DNA from: Malacoraja senta
Taxonomy: Eukaryota
NCBI GenBank assembly: GCA_038087875.1
Contig: CM075988.1
Location: 930,001 to 994,000, forward strand
Direction of reading: 5' to 3'
Length of the DNA: 64,000 nucleotides
Shown piece after piece: positions 13,162 through 24,961 of this stretch (position 1 is its first letter; each line of letters opens with the position of its first letter). The position numbers were made by a program, and so were the translations under genes. The notes beneath the pieces are model-generated. The model saw only the letters and a list, made by a program, of their open reading frames with translations, searched no databases and was not told the DNA's origin.

Positions 13162-13234
13162 GTAAGTTTACAATTCACCTTTTTAATTCGTTCTTGGTTT
13201 AAAATTTCTGTTGTACAATTTCACAGCTTTAAAA

Positions 13235-13478
13235 AGACCCAGATTCGATCCTGACCATGGGTGCTACCTGTACAGAGTTTGGATGTTCTCCATGTGATCT
13301 TGTGCATTTCCTCCAGCTGCTCCAGTTTCCTCCCACATTCTAAAGCCGTGCAGGTTTATAGGTTAATTGGCTTCTGTAAATTGTGTAGGATAGAACAAAC
13401 CTATGGGATGATCGCTGGTCGGCGTGGCCTTGGTGGGCCGAAGGGCCTGTTTCTACACTATATATCTAAACTAAACGA
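13235..13478 (+). mobile_element. HE1-like SINE
   Basis: B-box GATTCGATCC, central domain, CR1-shared tail GGGCCGAAGGGCCTGTTT...CTAAACTAAAC. Confidence 0.8.
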
Positions 13479-14803
13479 AAATAATTTCAAATAAATCAGT
13501 CATAGTGCTCTACTGCATGGAAACGGGCTCTTCAGCCCATCTCGTCCATGCCGACCATTCTGTGCTTCCCATTTCACTTTCTATTTTCATAATCAAAAAT
13601 ATAATTACATTTGGAATGAGGGTGGCATACAATATCAGAAGGAAAAATTAGCAGCAGTGCCGGATTTAGATGAAGAGAGGCCCTAGGCTATTCCACTTGT
13701 GAGGCCTCTCCCAATCCCCCACCCCCACGACTAGAGGAAGATTAAATAATTTGAGTAAAGCCAAGGATGATGACGGGTGTTTAAAATTCCGCAATTCGCA
13801 AATCCTTTTCTAAAGGACGTAAAATGTTGTTATTAAATACCGTAGTGATTGGGGAAAAATGCATAAAATGCATAAATGTTAAAATTAACACTGTGAAAAA
13901 CTTTTGCTATAACCGAACTTTGTAAACATTTTGTGGAATAAGCAGGAATTTTTAGGAAAATAAAATTGTAAGTTTACTGTTATATTAAAAAACAAAAACA
14001 AAAACAAAAAAACAAAACAAACTTGTACTTAAAAATGTTATTGCCAGGGAAATGTTAATAAGATGACCATGACTACCTGACAGTGCCAGTGTGACAATTT
14101 TAGACTGTTTAATTGTCATTAAACAGTTGGTTTTAAAATACATATTAAGAAATAAAGAAACTACAATCATGAAATACATTAAGACTAAAAAAGGTTTTTT
14201 TCTAGCCATCATAGCAAAATCATCCAGACGTTCATCAAAATGTGTTTGTCTAAGTTTGTCACTCTCAATGCACAGAATGCTCAGTACAGACAACCTCCCT
14301 AGACACATTGTGGCCCTTAATTCATTTTTAATTCTTTTGAGTCTTGAAAAAGACCTCTCTCCTGACCAGTTAGTGACCATTAAGCTAAGAAACAGCCGCA
14401 AGATTACTTCCACATTAGGGAAGGCCATCTGAATTGTTTCCTTGTATATAATTTGATAAAGGTCTGTATGAGAGAGAGTGCTCTTCTGTAGGCCTATGGC
14501 TTTGTCTCACGTGCAAGTGAAAGTGCAAAAGTCCATTTGTAAGGTTCAGGTCAACATCTTCTCGGTATGCTTCCATCAACAGTTCAATACCTTGCTGAAT
14601 TTCTTTCTTCGATGCGGTCAGATTAGCAAGAAAGGGAAACATTTGTGCAACATCACTGTACACAGCCGCTCTTCTTCTTAAATTGGTTTCAAGTGCATGT
14701 AGTATAGGAATAAAGGATTTTATCCTAAACTTCTCTCTTGAAGAGAGTTTATCTAAAACATCAGGACCAGGTGCACTTCCATCATTTCCTTGCCGTTTCC
14801 TTA

Positions 14804-15020
14804 AGGGCCTGTCCCACTTTCACGACCTAATTCACGACCTCTGCCGAGTTTGCCCATGACTCATACTCGCAGCATGGTCGTCACGAGGTCGTAGGTAGGT
14901 CGTGATGCTAGTCGTAGGTGCTCGTGGCATCAAGTAGGTCGGGGCATTTTTCTAGCCTGATGAAAAATGTCCACAAGTAAAAAAGGTTGTGAATTAAGTC
15001 GTAAAAGTGGGACAGGCCCT
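14804..15020. mobile_element. PIF/Harbinger-type MITE
   Basis: ~32-bp TIR AGGGCCTGTCCCACTTT(C/T)ACGAC(C/T)TAATTCAC; TSD TTA (14801-14803, 15021-15023); excision restores hAT frame RQRVRKRQ. Confidence 0.88.
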
Positions 15021-16763
15021 TTACTCTTTGTCTCCTTGTGACAGTTCTGTAGTTAACATTTGGCAAGGTGGCCTTTGCTTGTTGCTCAAGCTCATCAAAA
15101 TCTTCTCTAATTTTGCTTTCAAAATCCTGGTGAACTATACAAACTTGCACAAGTACTCAATAACAGTTTTGATTTTTGAATGGCTTTGTTGACCTTGTGA
15201 AAATGCCCTAGCACACGGGTCCAAAAATGCAGCAAGAACACAAATTCCACTTCTTCCATTTTCTGCAAAAGATTGTTAGCTTGAAACCTGGTATCACCCT
15301 CCACATTAACATCAGAGTACAAATGACTGAGGGCATCAGTGATAGCGCTGTAACTTTCCAAAATAGCTTCTGTGACTTTTGCATGTGCCTCCCACCTAGT
15401 GTCTGACAAATATTTAGGCACTTTTGACTGAGGTTGCAAAAATGATTTAGAACTGCCCATCTCTTTGTGGAGGATAAAAAGAAGGTATAAATTTCATTGA
15501 TAATTCCAAAACAGTTCACTGCATCAAGGCAGCAATCAACAGCCGAACGGCCCACCAAATTTAATGAGTGACCAGCGCATGGAATAAATCTTGCAAATTT
15601 GTTTTTTTCGATGATTTTTTGCTGCATACCCTTGTACCTATCATGTAGCCATGTTGACAGCATTGTCATAAGGCTGCCCTCGGCATTTTCGAAAGTTAAT
15701 TTCAAGCTCAGTAGTGAGATAGTTAAACACTAAATCAGCCATGCTTTCTCCTGAGTGGTCTTTTAGCTCAAGGAAAGTTAAAAAATCTCTCACTTGGTAA
15801 ACCGTCTTCAGGTGATACATATCTGATAATTAAAGTCAACTGATCAGTATGTGAAATGTCAGGAGTGGAATCTACTGACAGGCTGAAATATCTAGCCTTT
15901 TTCAAGTCAGCCAGAATTGCATCCTTAACTTTTTTTGCCATGAGTTGAATTATTTCCTCACATACAGTTTTTGACAAATAAGAGGGATTTCCTGATCCCG
16001 AGTTTCCATAACGATTGATATGAGCCAATAAAAATGGATCAAATTTTGCAACTAGCTCTAAAAGACCAAGATAATTGCCGTTATTTGGAGACTCAAATTG
16101 TTCATTGTCTCCTCTGAATGGTAAGCCTCGTTCTGTAAGAGTGCATATTACAGCGATAATTCTCTCCATGACATGCCGCCAGTGCTGCTTTTATTTGTTC
16201 CTCTTGCTTTGCAGTTAACGTTTGCCCTCGCTTTCTTGTTAAGTAGGTCAACATGGCATTCCTCTGCTTCCCTGAGTTTTCATGAGTTTGGATAAGACAG
16301 GGGTTTTGCCAATCATCAAACACTTCAGAAGCTAAAGATGTAGCAGAAGAATAAGATGCAATGTTTGAAAAGAGTTTACAAACAAAGCAATATATCCAGC
16401 CTTTTGAGGGAGAATACACAAGCCACTCTCGGCTATATGTTTCTCCATTGACTTTTGTTGAATAAAAAAGAGCCTTTGTGCAAAAATTAGACTGCTTTTT
16501 ATACACTCGCTTGGAATTTGAAAATGGTCCACAACAATGCTGAACTTGAGAGGGGCCCCTTTCTACCCAATAGGATACGTCCTCATGTGATAATTCTGTC
16601 CACAAACCAACGTCTGTTACAGTAGATCTATGTTTGGCATCATCAATTAGTTCTATATTTTCATTTTGAGTCGGAATCATGGCTGCTTTCTCATATTCAG
16701 CTTGCTGTTCCACGTCCTGCTTCGCTGTTTCTGCTTCAGGGAGGTTTTCTTCTGGTTTAAAGA

Positions 16764-19743
16764 TAGAAACATAGAAACATAGAAAATAGGTGCAGGAGGA
16801 GGCCATTCGACCCTTCGAGCCAGCACCGCCATTCATTGTGATCATGGCTGATCGTCCCCTATCAATAACCCGTGCCTGCCTTCTCCCCTTATCCCTTGAT
16901 TCCACTAGCCCCTAGAGCTCTATCTAACTCTCTCTTAAATCCATCCAGTGATTTGGCCTCCACTGCCCTCTGTGGCCGGGAATTCCACAAATTCACAATT
17001 CTCTGGGTGAAAACGTTTTTTCTCACCTCGGCCTTAAATGGCCTCCCCTTTATTCTAAGACTGTGGCCCCTGGTTCTGGACTCGCCCAACATTGGGAACA
17101 TTTTTCCTGCATCTAGCTTGTCCAGTCCTTTTATAATTGTATATGTTTCTATAAGATCCCCCCTCATCTTTCTAAACTCCAGTGAATACAAGCCTAGTCT
17201 TTTCAATCTTTCCTCATATGACAGTCCCGCCATCCCAGGGATCAATCTCACAAACCTACGCTGCACTGCCTTAATCACAAGGATGTCCTTCCTCAAATTA
17301 GGAGACCAAAACTGTACACAATACTCCAGATGTGGTCTTACCAGAGCCCTATACAACTGCAGAAGAATCTCTTTACTCCTTTACTGAAATCCTCTTGTTA
17401 TGAAGGCCAACATTCCATTAGCTTTCTTCACTGCCTGCTGTACCTGCACGCCAACTTTCAGTGACTGGGGTACAAGGACACCCAGGTGTCGCTGCACCTC
17501 CCCCTTACCTAACCTAACCCCATTGAGATAATAATCTGCCCCCTTGTTTTTGCCGCCAAAGTGGATAACCTCACATTTATCTATATTATACTGCATCTGC
17601 CACACATCTGCCCACTCACTCAAGCAGGTCACCCTGCAACCTCCTAACATCCTCTTCACATTTCGCACTGCCACCCAGCTTTGTGACATCCGCAAACTTG
17701 CCAGTGTTGCTCCTAATTCCCTCTTCCAAATCATTAATATATATGGTAAACAGTTGCGGCCCCAACACCGAGCCTTGTGGCACTCCACTCGCCACTGCCT
17801 GCCATTCTGTAAAGGACCCGTTCACTCCTATTCTTTGCTTCCGGTCTGCCAACCAATTTTCTATCCATATAACCATATAACCATATAACAATTACAGCAC
17901 GGAAACAGGCCATCTCGGCCCTTCTAGTCCGTGCCGAACACTTATTCTCACCTAGTCCCATCTACCTGCACTCAGACCATAACCCTCCATTCCTTTCCCG
18001 TCCATATACCTATCCAATTTATTTTTAAATGATAAAATCGAAACTGCCTCCACCACTTCCACTGGGAGCTCATTCCACACAGCTACCACTCTCTGAGTAA
18101 AGAAGTTCCCCCTAATGTTACCCCTAAACTTCTGTCCCTTAATTCTCAATCTATGTCCTCTTGTTTGAATCTTCCCTACTCTCAATGGAAAAAGCTTATC
18201 CACGTCAACTTTGTCTATCCCTCTCATCATTTTAAAGACCTCTATCAAGTCCCCCCTTAACCTTCTGCGCTCCAAAGAATAAAGACCTAACTTGTTCAAC
18301 CTTTCTCTGTAACTTAGTTGCTGAAACCCAGGCAACATTCTAGTAAATCTCCTCTGTACTCTATTTTGTTGACATCTTTCCTATAATTTGACGACCAAAA
18401 CTGTACACCATACTCCAGAATTAGCCTCACCAATGCCTTGTACAATTTTAACATTACATCCCAACTTCTATTCTCAATGCTCTGATTTATAAAGGCCAGC
18501 ACACTAAAAGCTTTCTTTACCACCCTATCTACATGAGATTCCACCTTCAGGGAACTATGCACAGTTATTCCTAGATCACTCTGTTCAACTGCATTCCTCA
18601 ATTCGCTACCATTTACCATGTACGTCCTATTTTGATTTGTCCTGCCAAGATGTAGCACCTCACACTTATCAGCATTAAACTCCATCTGCCATCTTTCAGT
18701 CCACTCTTCCAAATGTCCTAAATCTCTCTGTAGACTTTGAAAATCTACTTCATTATCCACAACACCACCTATCTTAGTATCATCTGCACACTTACTAATC
18801 CAATTTACCACACCATCATCCAGATCATTGATGTATATGACAAACAACAGTGGACCCAACACAGATCCCTGAGGCACCCTACCAGTCACTGGCCTCCAAC
18901 CTGACAAACAGCCATCCACCATTACTCTCTGGCATCTCCCATTCAGCCACTGTTGAATCCATCTTGCTACTCCACTATTAATACCCGACAATTGAACCTT
19001 CTTAACCAACCTTCCATGTGGAACCTTGTCAAAGGCCTTACTGAAGTCCATATAGACAACATCCACCACTTTACCCTCATCAATTTCCCTAGTAATCTTT
19101 TCAAAAAATTCAAGAAGATTAGTCAAACATGACCTTCCAAGCACAAATGCATGTTGACTGTTCCTAATCAGATGCTGTTTATCCAGATGCTTATATATAT
19201 TATCTCTAAGTATCCTTTCCATTAATTTGTCAACACCCTACCCCCAATACCATGTGCTCTCATTTTAGTCACCAGTCTCCTGTGAGGGACCTTATCAAAG
19301 GCTTTCTGAAAGCCTAGATACACTACATCCACTGGCTCCCCTTCATCCATTTTACTTGTCACATCCTCAAAAAATTCCAGAAGATTAGTCAAGCATGATT
19401 TCCCTTTCATAAATCCATGTTGACTTGGACTAATCCTTTTACTGCTATCCAAATTACCTCTTTAATAATTGACTCCAGCATCTTTCCCACCACTGAAGTC
19501 AGGGTAACTGGTCTGTAATTCCCCGTTTTCTCTCTCGCTCCTTTCTTGAAAAGTGGGATAAAGTTAGCCATCCTCCAATCCACAGGAACTGATCCTCAAT
19601 CTATTGAACATTGGAAAATGGTCACCAATGCGTCCACTATTTCTAGAGCCACCTCCCTGAGGACCCTGGGATGCAGACCTTCCGGACCAGGGGATTTATC
19701 ATCCTTCAGTCCCATTAACCTGCCCAATACTATTTCTCGCCTA
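16764..19743 (-). mobile_element. CR1 family A, 5'-truncated, interrupted by a family B copy
   Basis: RT motifs GVPQGSVLGP and KFAD; (TTTCTATG)n tail at 16764. Confidence 0.92.
17867..19229 (-). mobile_element. CR1 family B, 5'-truncated, nested in family A
   Basis: (GGTTATAT)n tail; RT ORF 18314-19222. Confidence 0.92.
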
Positions 19744-20230
19744 GTGGTTGGCTGGATAGTAGTTGCTAGTAGTTGGCTGGATAGCTCCAACACACTAATT
19801 TCCTTGTGTTATTGTCAATGTATCTGCTTCACTGCTGGCACTTGTTGCCTCTGTCAGTGGCTGATCCAAGAAAGCAGTGATTGGTCTCAACTTCTTTACC
19901 GTATCATTTTCAAGTCATTTTCTCTTGTGCTTGCCAGCACCACTTTCAAATTTTTGACTCATGCTCAGATTAGAATCTGAAAATATAAAGTACAATTAAT
20001 CTTAAACAGTTATTAGAAAGGAAAACATGAAGTGGTGTTTTCACAAAATGGGGTCCACTTGAGTGAAGAAAAAAAAATCTGTATAATAGTTGGGAAATAT
20101 TTCTTAAAGAATTGTTCCTTATTGACAATTATATTGCAAAATCTGAATCAAATCTGCTTCCAAAAACCGTTTGCAAAACCAGTATGCTTTTTAAATGTTT
20201 AAACAAATAGTAAATACCCAACAAAAAATT

Positions 20231-20703
20231 CAGAGGAAGGAGATGGGGTAGGGGAGAGAGGGGGAGAGAGAAAGGGAGAGAGAGAGAGGGGGAGGGAGGG
20301 GGAGAGGGAGAGGGGGGAGAGAGGGAGAGAGTGAGAGGGAGGGGAGAGGGAGGGAGAGAGGGAGGATGGGAGAGATAAAGAAAGAGAGAGAGGGGTAGAG
20401 AGAGAGGAGGGGAGCGGGGGGGGAGGGAGGGGGGAGAGAGAGGGAGGAAGAGGGGGAGAGGGAGTGAGAGGGGGAGAAATAGGGAGGAGGGGAGAGATAA
20501 AGAGAGAGAGAGAGGGAGAGAGAGGGGGAGGGATAAAGGGGGGAGAGAGAGAGGGGAGGGATAGAGAGGGAGGGGGAGAGAGAGGGGTGGGATGAGGAGG
20601 GGGAGAGGGGTGAGGAGGAAGATGGAGAGGGGGAGGAGAGAGGGGTGGGGAGGGGGAGGATAGAGGTGGGGGAGGGTGATGAGGGATAAGGGAGGGAGAG
20701 GGA
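20231..20703. repeat. GA-rich polypurine low-complexity tract
   Basis: ~470 bp almost only G/A on the plus strand. Confidence 0.95.
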
Positions 20704-20711
20704 TATGTAAA

Positions 20712-20945
20712 TAAGATCCATCTATTCCCAGATCCATCTATTCCAGGATCCATCTGAGGCCCAGGAGCGGTTGGAGCGGGAGGAGCAGCGTCCGAGAGGA
20801 GAGTTTAAAAACGGAGCGCGGGGCTTTGTTTCACAGGGGCCCAGGAACGGTTGGAGCGGGAGGAGCGGCGTCCGGGCGGTGAGTTTAAAAACGGAGCGCG
20901 GGGCTTTGTTTCACAGAGACCCAGGAACGGTTGGAGCGGGAGGAA
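20712..20945. repeat. Tandem repeats: ~16-bp AGATCCATCTATTCC x2.5, then ~80-bp unit x2.3
   Basis: CCAGGA(G/A)CGGTTGGAGCGGGAGGA recurs near 20761, 20841 and 20921. Confidence 0.85.
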
Positions 20946-21122
20946 CGACCCAACTCTGTAACGTTCCATCACATTTCAAAATAAGTGGGCTTGAGGAAGC
21001 CGCTGATTGGTGGAAGCGGACTAGAGGAAGCAGCTGATTGGGAGTCAGATCCCTGCTGATTTCTTCCAGCACTTTGTATTGTATCCAAGGTAACGGGGGA
21101 GTATGAGGCCCAGGGCAGTTTA

Positions 21123-21322
21123 NNNNNNNNNNNNNNNNNNNNNNNNNNNNNNNNNNNNNNNNNNNNNNNNNNNNNNNNNNNNNNNNNNNNNNNNNNNNNN
21201 NNNNNNNNNNNNNNNNNNNNNNNNNNNNNNNNNNNNNNNNNNNNNNNNNNNNNNNNNNNNNNNNNNNNNNNNNNNNNNNNNNNNNNNNNNNNNNNNNNNN
21301 NNNNNNNNNNNNNNNNNNNNNN
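21123..21322. other. Assembly gap (200 N)
   Basis: Fixed-length N run; a ~33-bp tandem repeat follows at 21323-21397. Confidence 0.99.
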
Positions 21323-22127
21323 CCCCTGGACCCCCGGGTCAATGACCCTCACCTCCCCCGGACCCCCGGGTCACTGACCCTCACCTCCCCTGGACCCCAG
21401 CTGGACACAGAGCACCTGGGCCGGCCCGCATTCCCGGCGGGGGAGAGAGGGAAATGCTCCTCGGACATCGCCAAGTCTCCGCTCACTCCGGGTGTTGCCG
21501 CCGCTTCACTGACACACACCCTTACACACCCACACTGGTACACACAAGGTTTAAAGGGATATGGGCCAAATGCAGATAAATGGGACTAGTTTAGATGGGG
21601 GCATCTTGATCTGCATGGACAAGTTGGGATGAAGGGCCTGTTTGCATGCTGTAAGACTATGACACACTAGAAAGGGTGCAATTGCTCTGGAGAGGATCCA
21701 GAGGTGATTTATGAACATATTGGCAGGGCTGGAATTTTTGTTTCACTTTGAAGAAAGATTTGATAACTGGAATTGTATTCTCTGCAGCAACGGAGGTGAA
21801 GAAGAGACTTAGTTGAGGTGAATAATATTATGAGAATAGGACCTGTTTCGCTTAATAAAGAGTGTAAGAAGGAACTGCAGATGGTAGTTTAAACTGAAGA
21901 TAGATACTAAAAGCTGGAATAACTCAGCAGGACAGGCAGCATCTCTGGAGAGAAAGAATAGGTGATGTTTCGGGTCGAGACCTTCAGACTGAAGCGGTTG
22001 AAAACCAGCAATAAAACACAATGACTGGAGAGGTGTGTTATCCAACTAAAGGCAGTAATCAGAATCATGTGTTCATCTTTATTGACGTGTCACCATAATA
22101 AATATTACAGAATAAAAATTAATGGGG

Positions 22128-22395
22128 TGGCACGGTGGCGCAGCGGAGAGTTGCTGCCTTACAGCACCACAGACCCAGATTGGATCCTGACTAAGGGTGC
22201 TGTCTGTACAGTATTTGTACATTCTCCTTATGACCACATGGTTTTCTGTGGAAATTGTGGTTTTTCCCACATCTGAAAGAAGTGCAGGTTTGTAGGTTAA
22301 TTGGCTTCTGTAAATTGTCCCTGGCATGTAGGATACAACTGGTGTATGATAGATTGCGGTCGGTGTCGATTGGTGGGCCGAAGGGCCTGTTTCCA
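22128..22395 (+). mobile_element. HE1-like SINE
   Basis: A-box GGTGGCGCAGCGG; CR1-shared 3' tail. Confidence 0.8.
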
Positions 22396-24533
22396 TATAT
22401 ATGTTTTACATATATATCTTAATTTCATTGAACCATATACGGTTGAATATGTGGCATTATTTTCATCTTGTTTCTATAGTCAAAGGGTAAGGTTAATTTA
22501 TTTATTTGTGCAGATCAGTGATGGAAGTCTGAGTCCATTGGCCTTGTTTCTATGTTTTTGTTTCTCTATATATGCATAACAGTATATATGAATTATAATC
22601 TGATTTCCATACATGAATATACTAAGGTCATTCATGTGCTGCACCTGTTGATCAGAGCCTGGCTCTACATGTGGAATGTAATTAGGAATATAATTTAGCC
22701 TAACCTTATTCACACCTAATCCAATTTGAAGCATAAATGTTGCATTAAGTGTAAGTTAAAAGTATGCACCAGACTCCACAATTTCAAACTGAAAAATGCA
22801 AAAGCTTCCTACTGTGGGAAGGGGGATACCCCCCTCCCCCCTTCCCCCCCTCCCCCTCCCCCTCTCCCCCCCACCCCCCTCCGGTTGCTGCACTCCCTCG
22901 CAATTTCTCACTCTCACCTCTCACCCAATGTTGGCAGCCCTGCGTTATGGTAAGACCCAGGGGAGTGTTGTAGAGCAGAGGGATGTAGCCGTATGTACAT
23001 AGTTCCCTGAAGGTGGTAACACGGATGTACACAAAGGTGAAGAAGGCTATTGGCATGCTGCCCTCAGTGAGGGCATTAAGTTTAGAAGTTCAGATGCTAT
23101 GTTGCAGTTATATGAGACATTGAACATGGTACTTCAAGTATGGCCTGACCAATTTTGGACACCCTTCTAATAAATGATGCAATTAAGCTAGAAAGTGGAG
23201 AGGAGATTTATAAAGATGTTGTCAGGACTTGAGTTATAGGGAGAGATTGAATAGGCCAGGACTTTATTTCTTGGAATGCAGGAGGCTGAGGGGTGATCTT
23301 ATAGAGGTTTATAAATCATGGGGGACATAGATAGGGTGCATGCAGTATTTTCCCAGGGTAGGAGAATGAAGAACTAGAGGGCATAAGTTTAAGATGAAAG
23401 GGGAAATACCTAATAGGATCCCGAGGGATAACCTTTACATAGAAACAGAAAATAGGTGCAGGAGGAGGCCATTCGGCCCTTCGAGCCAGCACCGCCATTC
23501 ATTGTGATCATGGCTGATCGTCCCCAATCAATAACCCGTGCCTGCCTTCTCCCCTTTACACATAGAAGGCGATGTGTATGTGGAATGAGATGCCACAGTA
23601 AGTAGTTGAGGCAGGTACACTTAAAAGACATTTAGACTGGTACATCGATAGGAAAAGTTGGAGGTTTATGGGCCATTTATGGGTCTAGCTTGGATGGACA
23701 TCTTGGTTAGCATGGGCCTGTTTCTGTGCTGTGCAACAATGTATTTGGGTAGACACAAAATGCTGGAGTAACTCAGCGGGACAGGCAGCATCTCTGGAGA
23801 GATATGTATTTGGGTAGTGATTAGCAGCCACTGCTATGGAATTTAGCGGTCTGGGGACTGTGGGAATGTGGATGGCAGAGGAGGGACGCGATGAGACTGG
23901 TGGTTGGAGACGGTGGTGTCCTGTCTTTCTGTTCTTATGCAAAATAACAACTTTCTAACCCAATATTTTTCCTGTAATGTGGCCAAAAGCTTACTGTGCA
24001 TTTCACCTGTTTCTATAATTTTCTTGAAATAATAGTCTCGGCCTTGGATACTTTGAACTGCTTTGCCTGTCTGTTGTGGCTGATTTTGAATGATTTGTGG
24101 GCAATCAATTCAATATCTCCTATATTCTGGACTTCCTGGCATATTCAGCCAGAGTTGAGTTGTCAGCTCTAGCCCAAAGATATTTATGGCTCACTTTCTA
24201 TTCCCTCTAGTGTTGACAGCTGAAGTCTGTCATTATTGGGATGGGAAAGGCTTGGAAATTATCTAATAAGCATTAAGAGATAATGCCATTAGCAAGAAAT
24301 ATATGCTAGATGGACAGGAATACATTACAGTTGCTGAATTTTCAATATGAACTTTTAAATCCGAAATGATTTGCAAACATTACAATATTGCAGCATTAAT
24401 GGGGCAAAGGCAGTGGAAAATCCTTTGCAGAGGAGAAAGCATTCTGAGAATTGGGTGGTGTGCGAGGAGCTGCATTGGACTTCTGCAGTTGAAGTTAAGG
24501 TGCATGATTGATGACCTATCTGTGTCTTTTCAG

Positions 24534-24652
24534 TGTTAATTATAACAATGAAATACCTGAAGGATTTGGACATCATCAACCCTCTGTCCTGTGGAATGCA
24601 ATGATATATCCACTGAAAAGGATGGTGTTCAAAGGAACCATCTGGTATCAAG
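24534..24652 (+). CDS. SIAE: SIAE coding exon
   Basis: ttttcag|T...CAAG|gtaag, 119 nt, phase 2 to 1; ...SVLWNAMIYPLKRMVFKGTIWYQG. Confidence 0.95.
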
Positions 24653-24705
24653 GTAAGATATCGTGCAGAGCTAGTGTGATGATGTATCTCGTAGGTGCTG
24701 ATTTC

Positions 24706-24959
24706 TGAGGGTGAAAGTGGTGACGGGGAGGATTGGGGGGGAGGAGAGGGTAAAGGTGGGGGAGGGTGAAGGCGGATGGGGGAGGGTGTAAGTGGGGGGA
24801 GGGGGGTGGGTGCAGGTGGGGAGGGTGCAGGTGGGGAGGGTGTAAGTGAGGGAGGGTGTCGGTGGGGGAGGGGTGGGTGTCGGTGGGGGAGGGGTGGGTG
24901 TCGGTGGGGGAGGGTTGGGTGACGGTGGGGGAGGGTTGGGTGTCGGTGGGGGGTGGGTG
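24706..24959. repeat. G-rich ~21-bp minisatellite, continuing at 28233-28370 beyond the Tc1
   Basis: GGGTGTCGGTGGGGGAGGGGT units. Confidence 0.85.
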
Positions 24960-24961
24960 TA

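Larger units (their letters stand above)
14190..19962 (-). pseudogene. hAT transposase pseudogene (ZMYM1/ZNF862-like)
   Basis: MSQKFESGAGKHKRK at 19962; REWLVYS..YCFVCKLF, FSLSVDSTPDISH, CAGHSLNL, DTRW, SGERSFSRLKRIK; frameshifts, stops, insertions at 14804-15020 and 16764-19743. Confidence 0.88.
13655..21122 (-). mobile_element. hAT DNA transposon, interrupted by a MITE and nested CR1s; right boundary uncertain (gap)
   Basis: Terminus CAGTGCCGGATTTA at 13655; transposase motifs on the minus strand. Confidence 0.75.

Noticed and set aside
16102..16905. 267-aa ORF as an independent protein
   Set aside because: Read-through from the CR1 3' UTR into the broken hAT transposase
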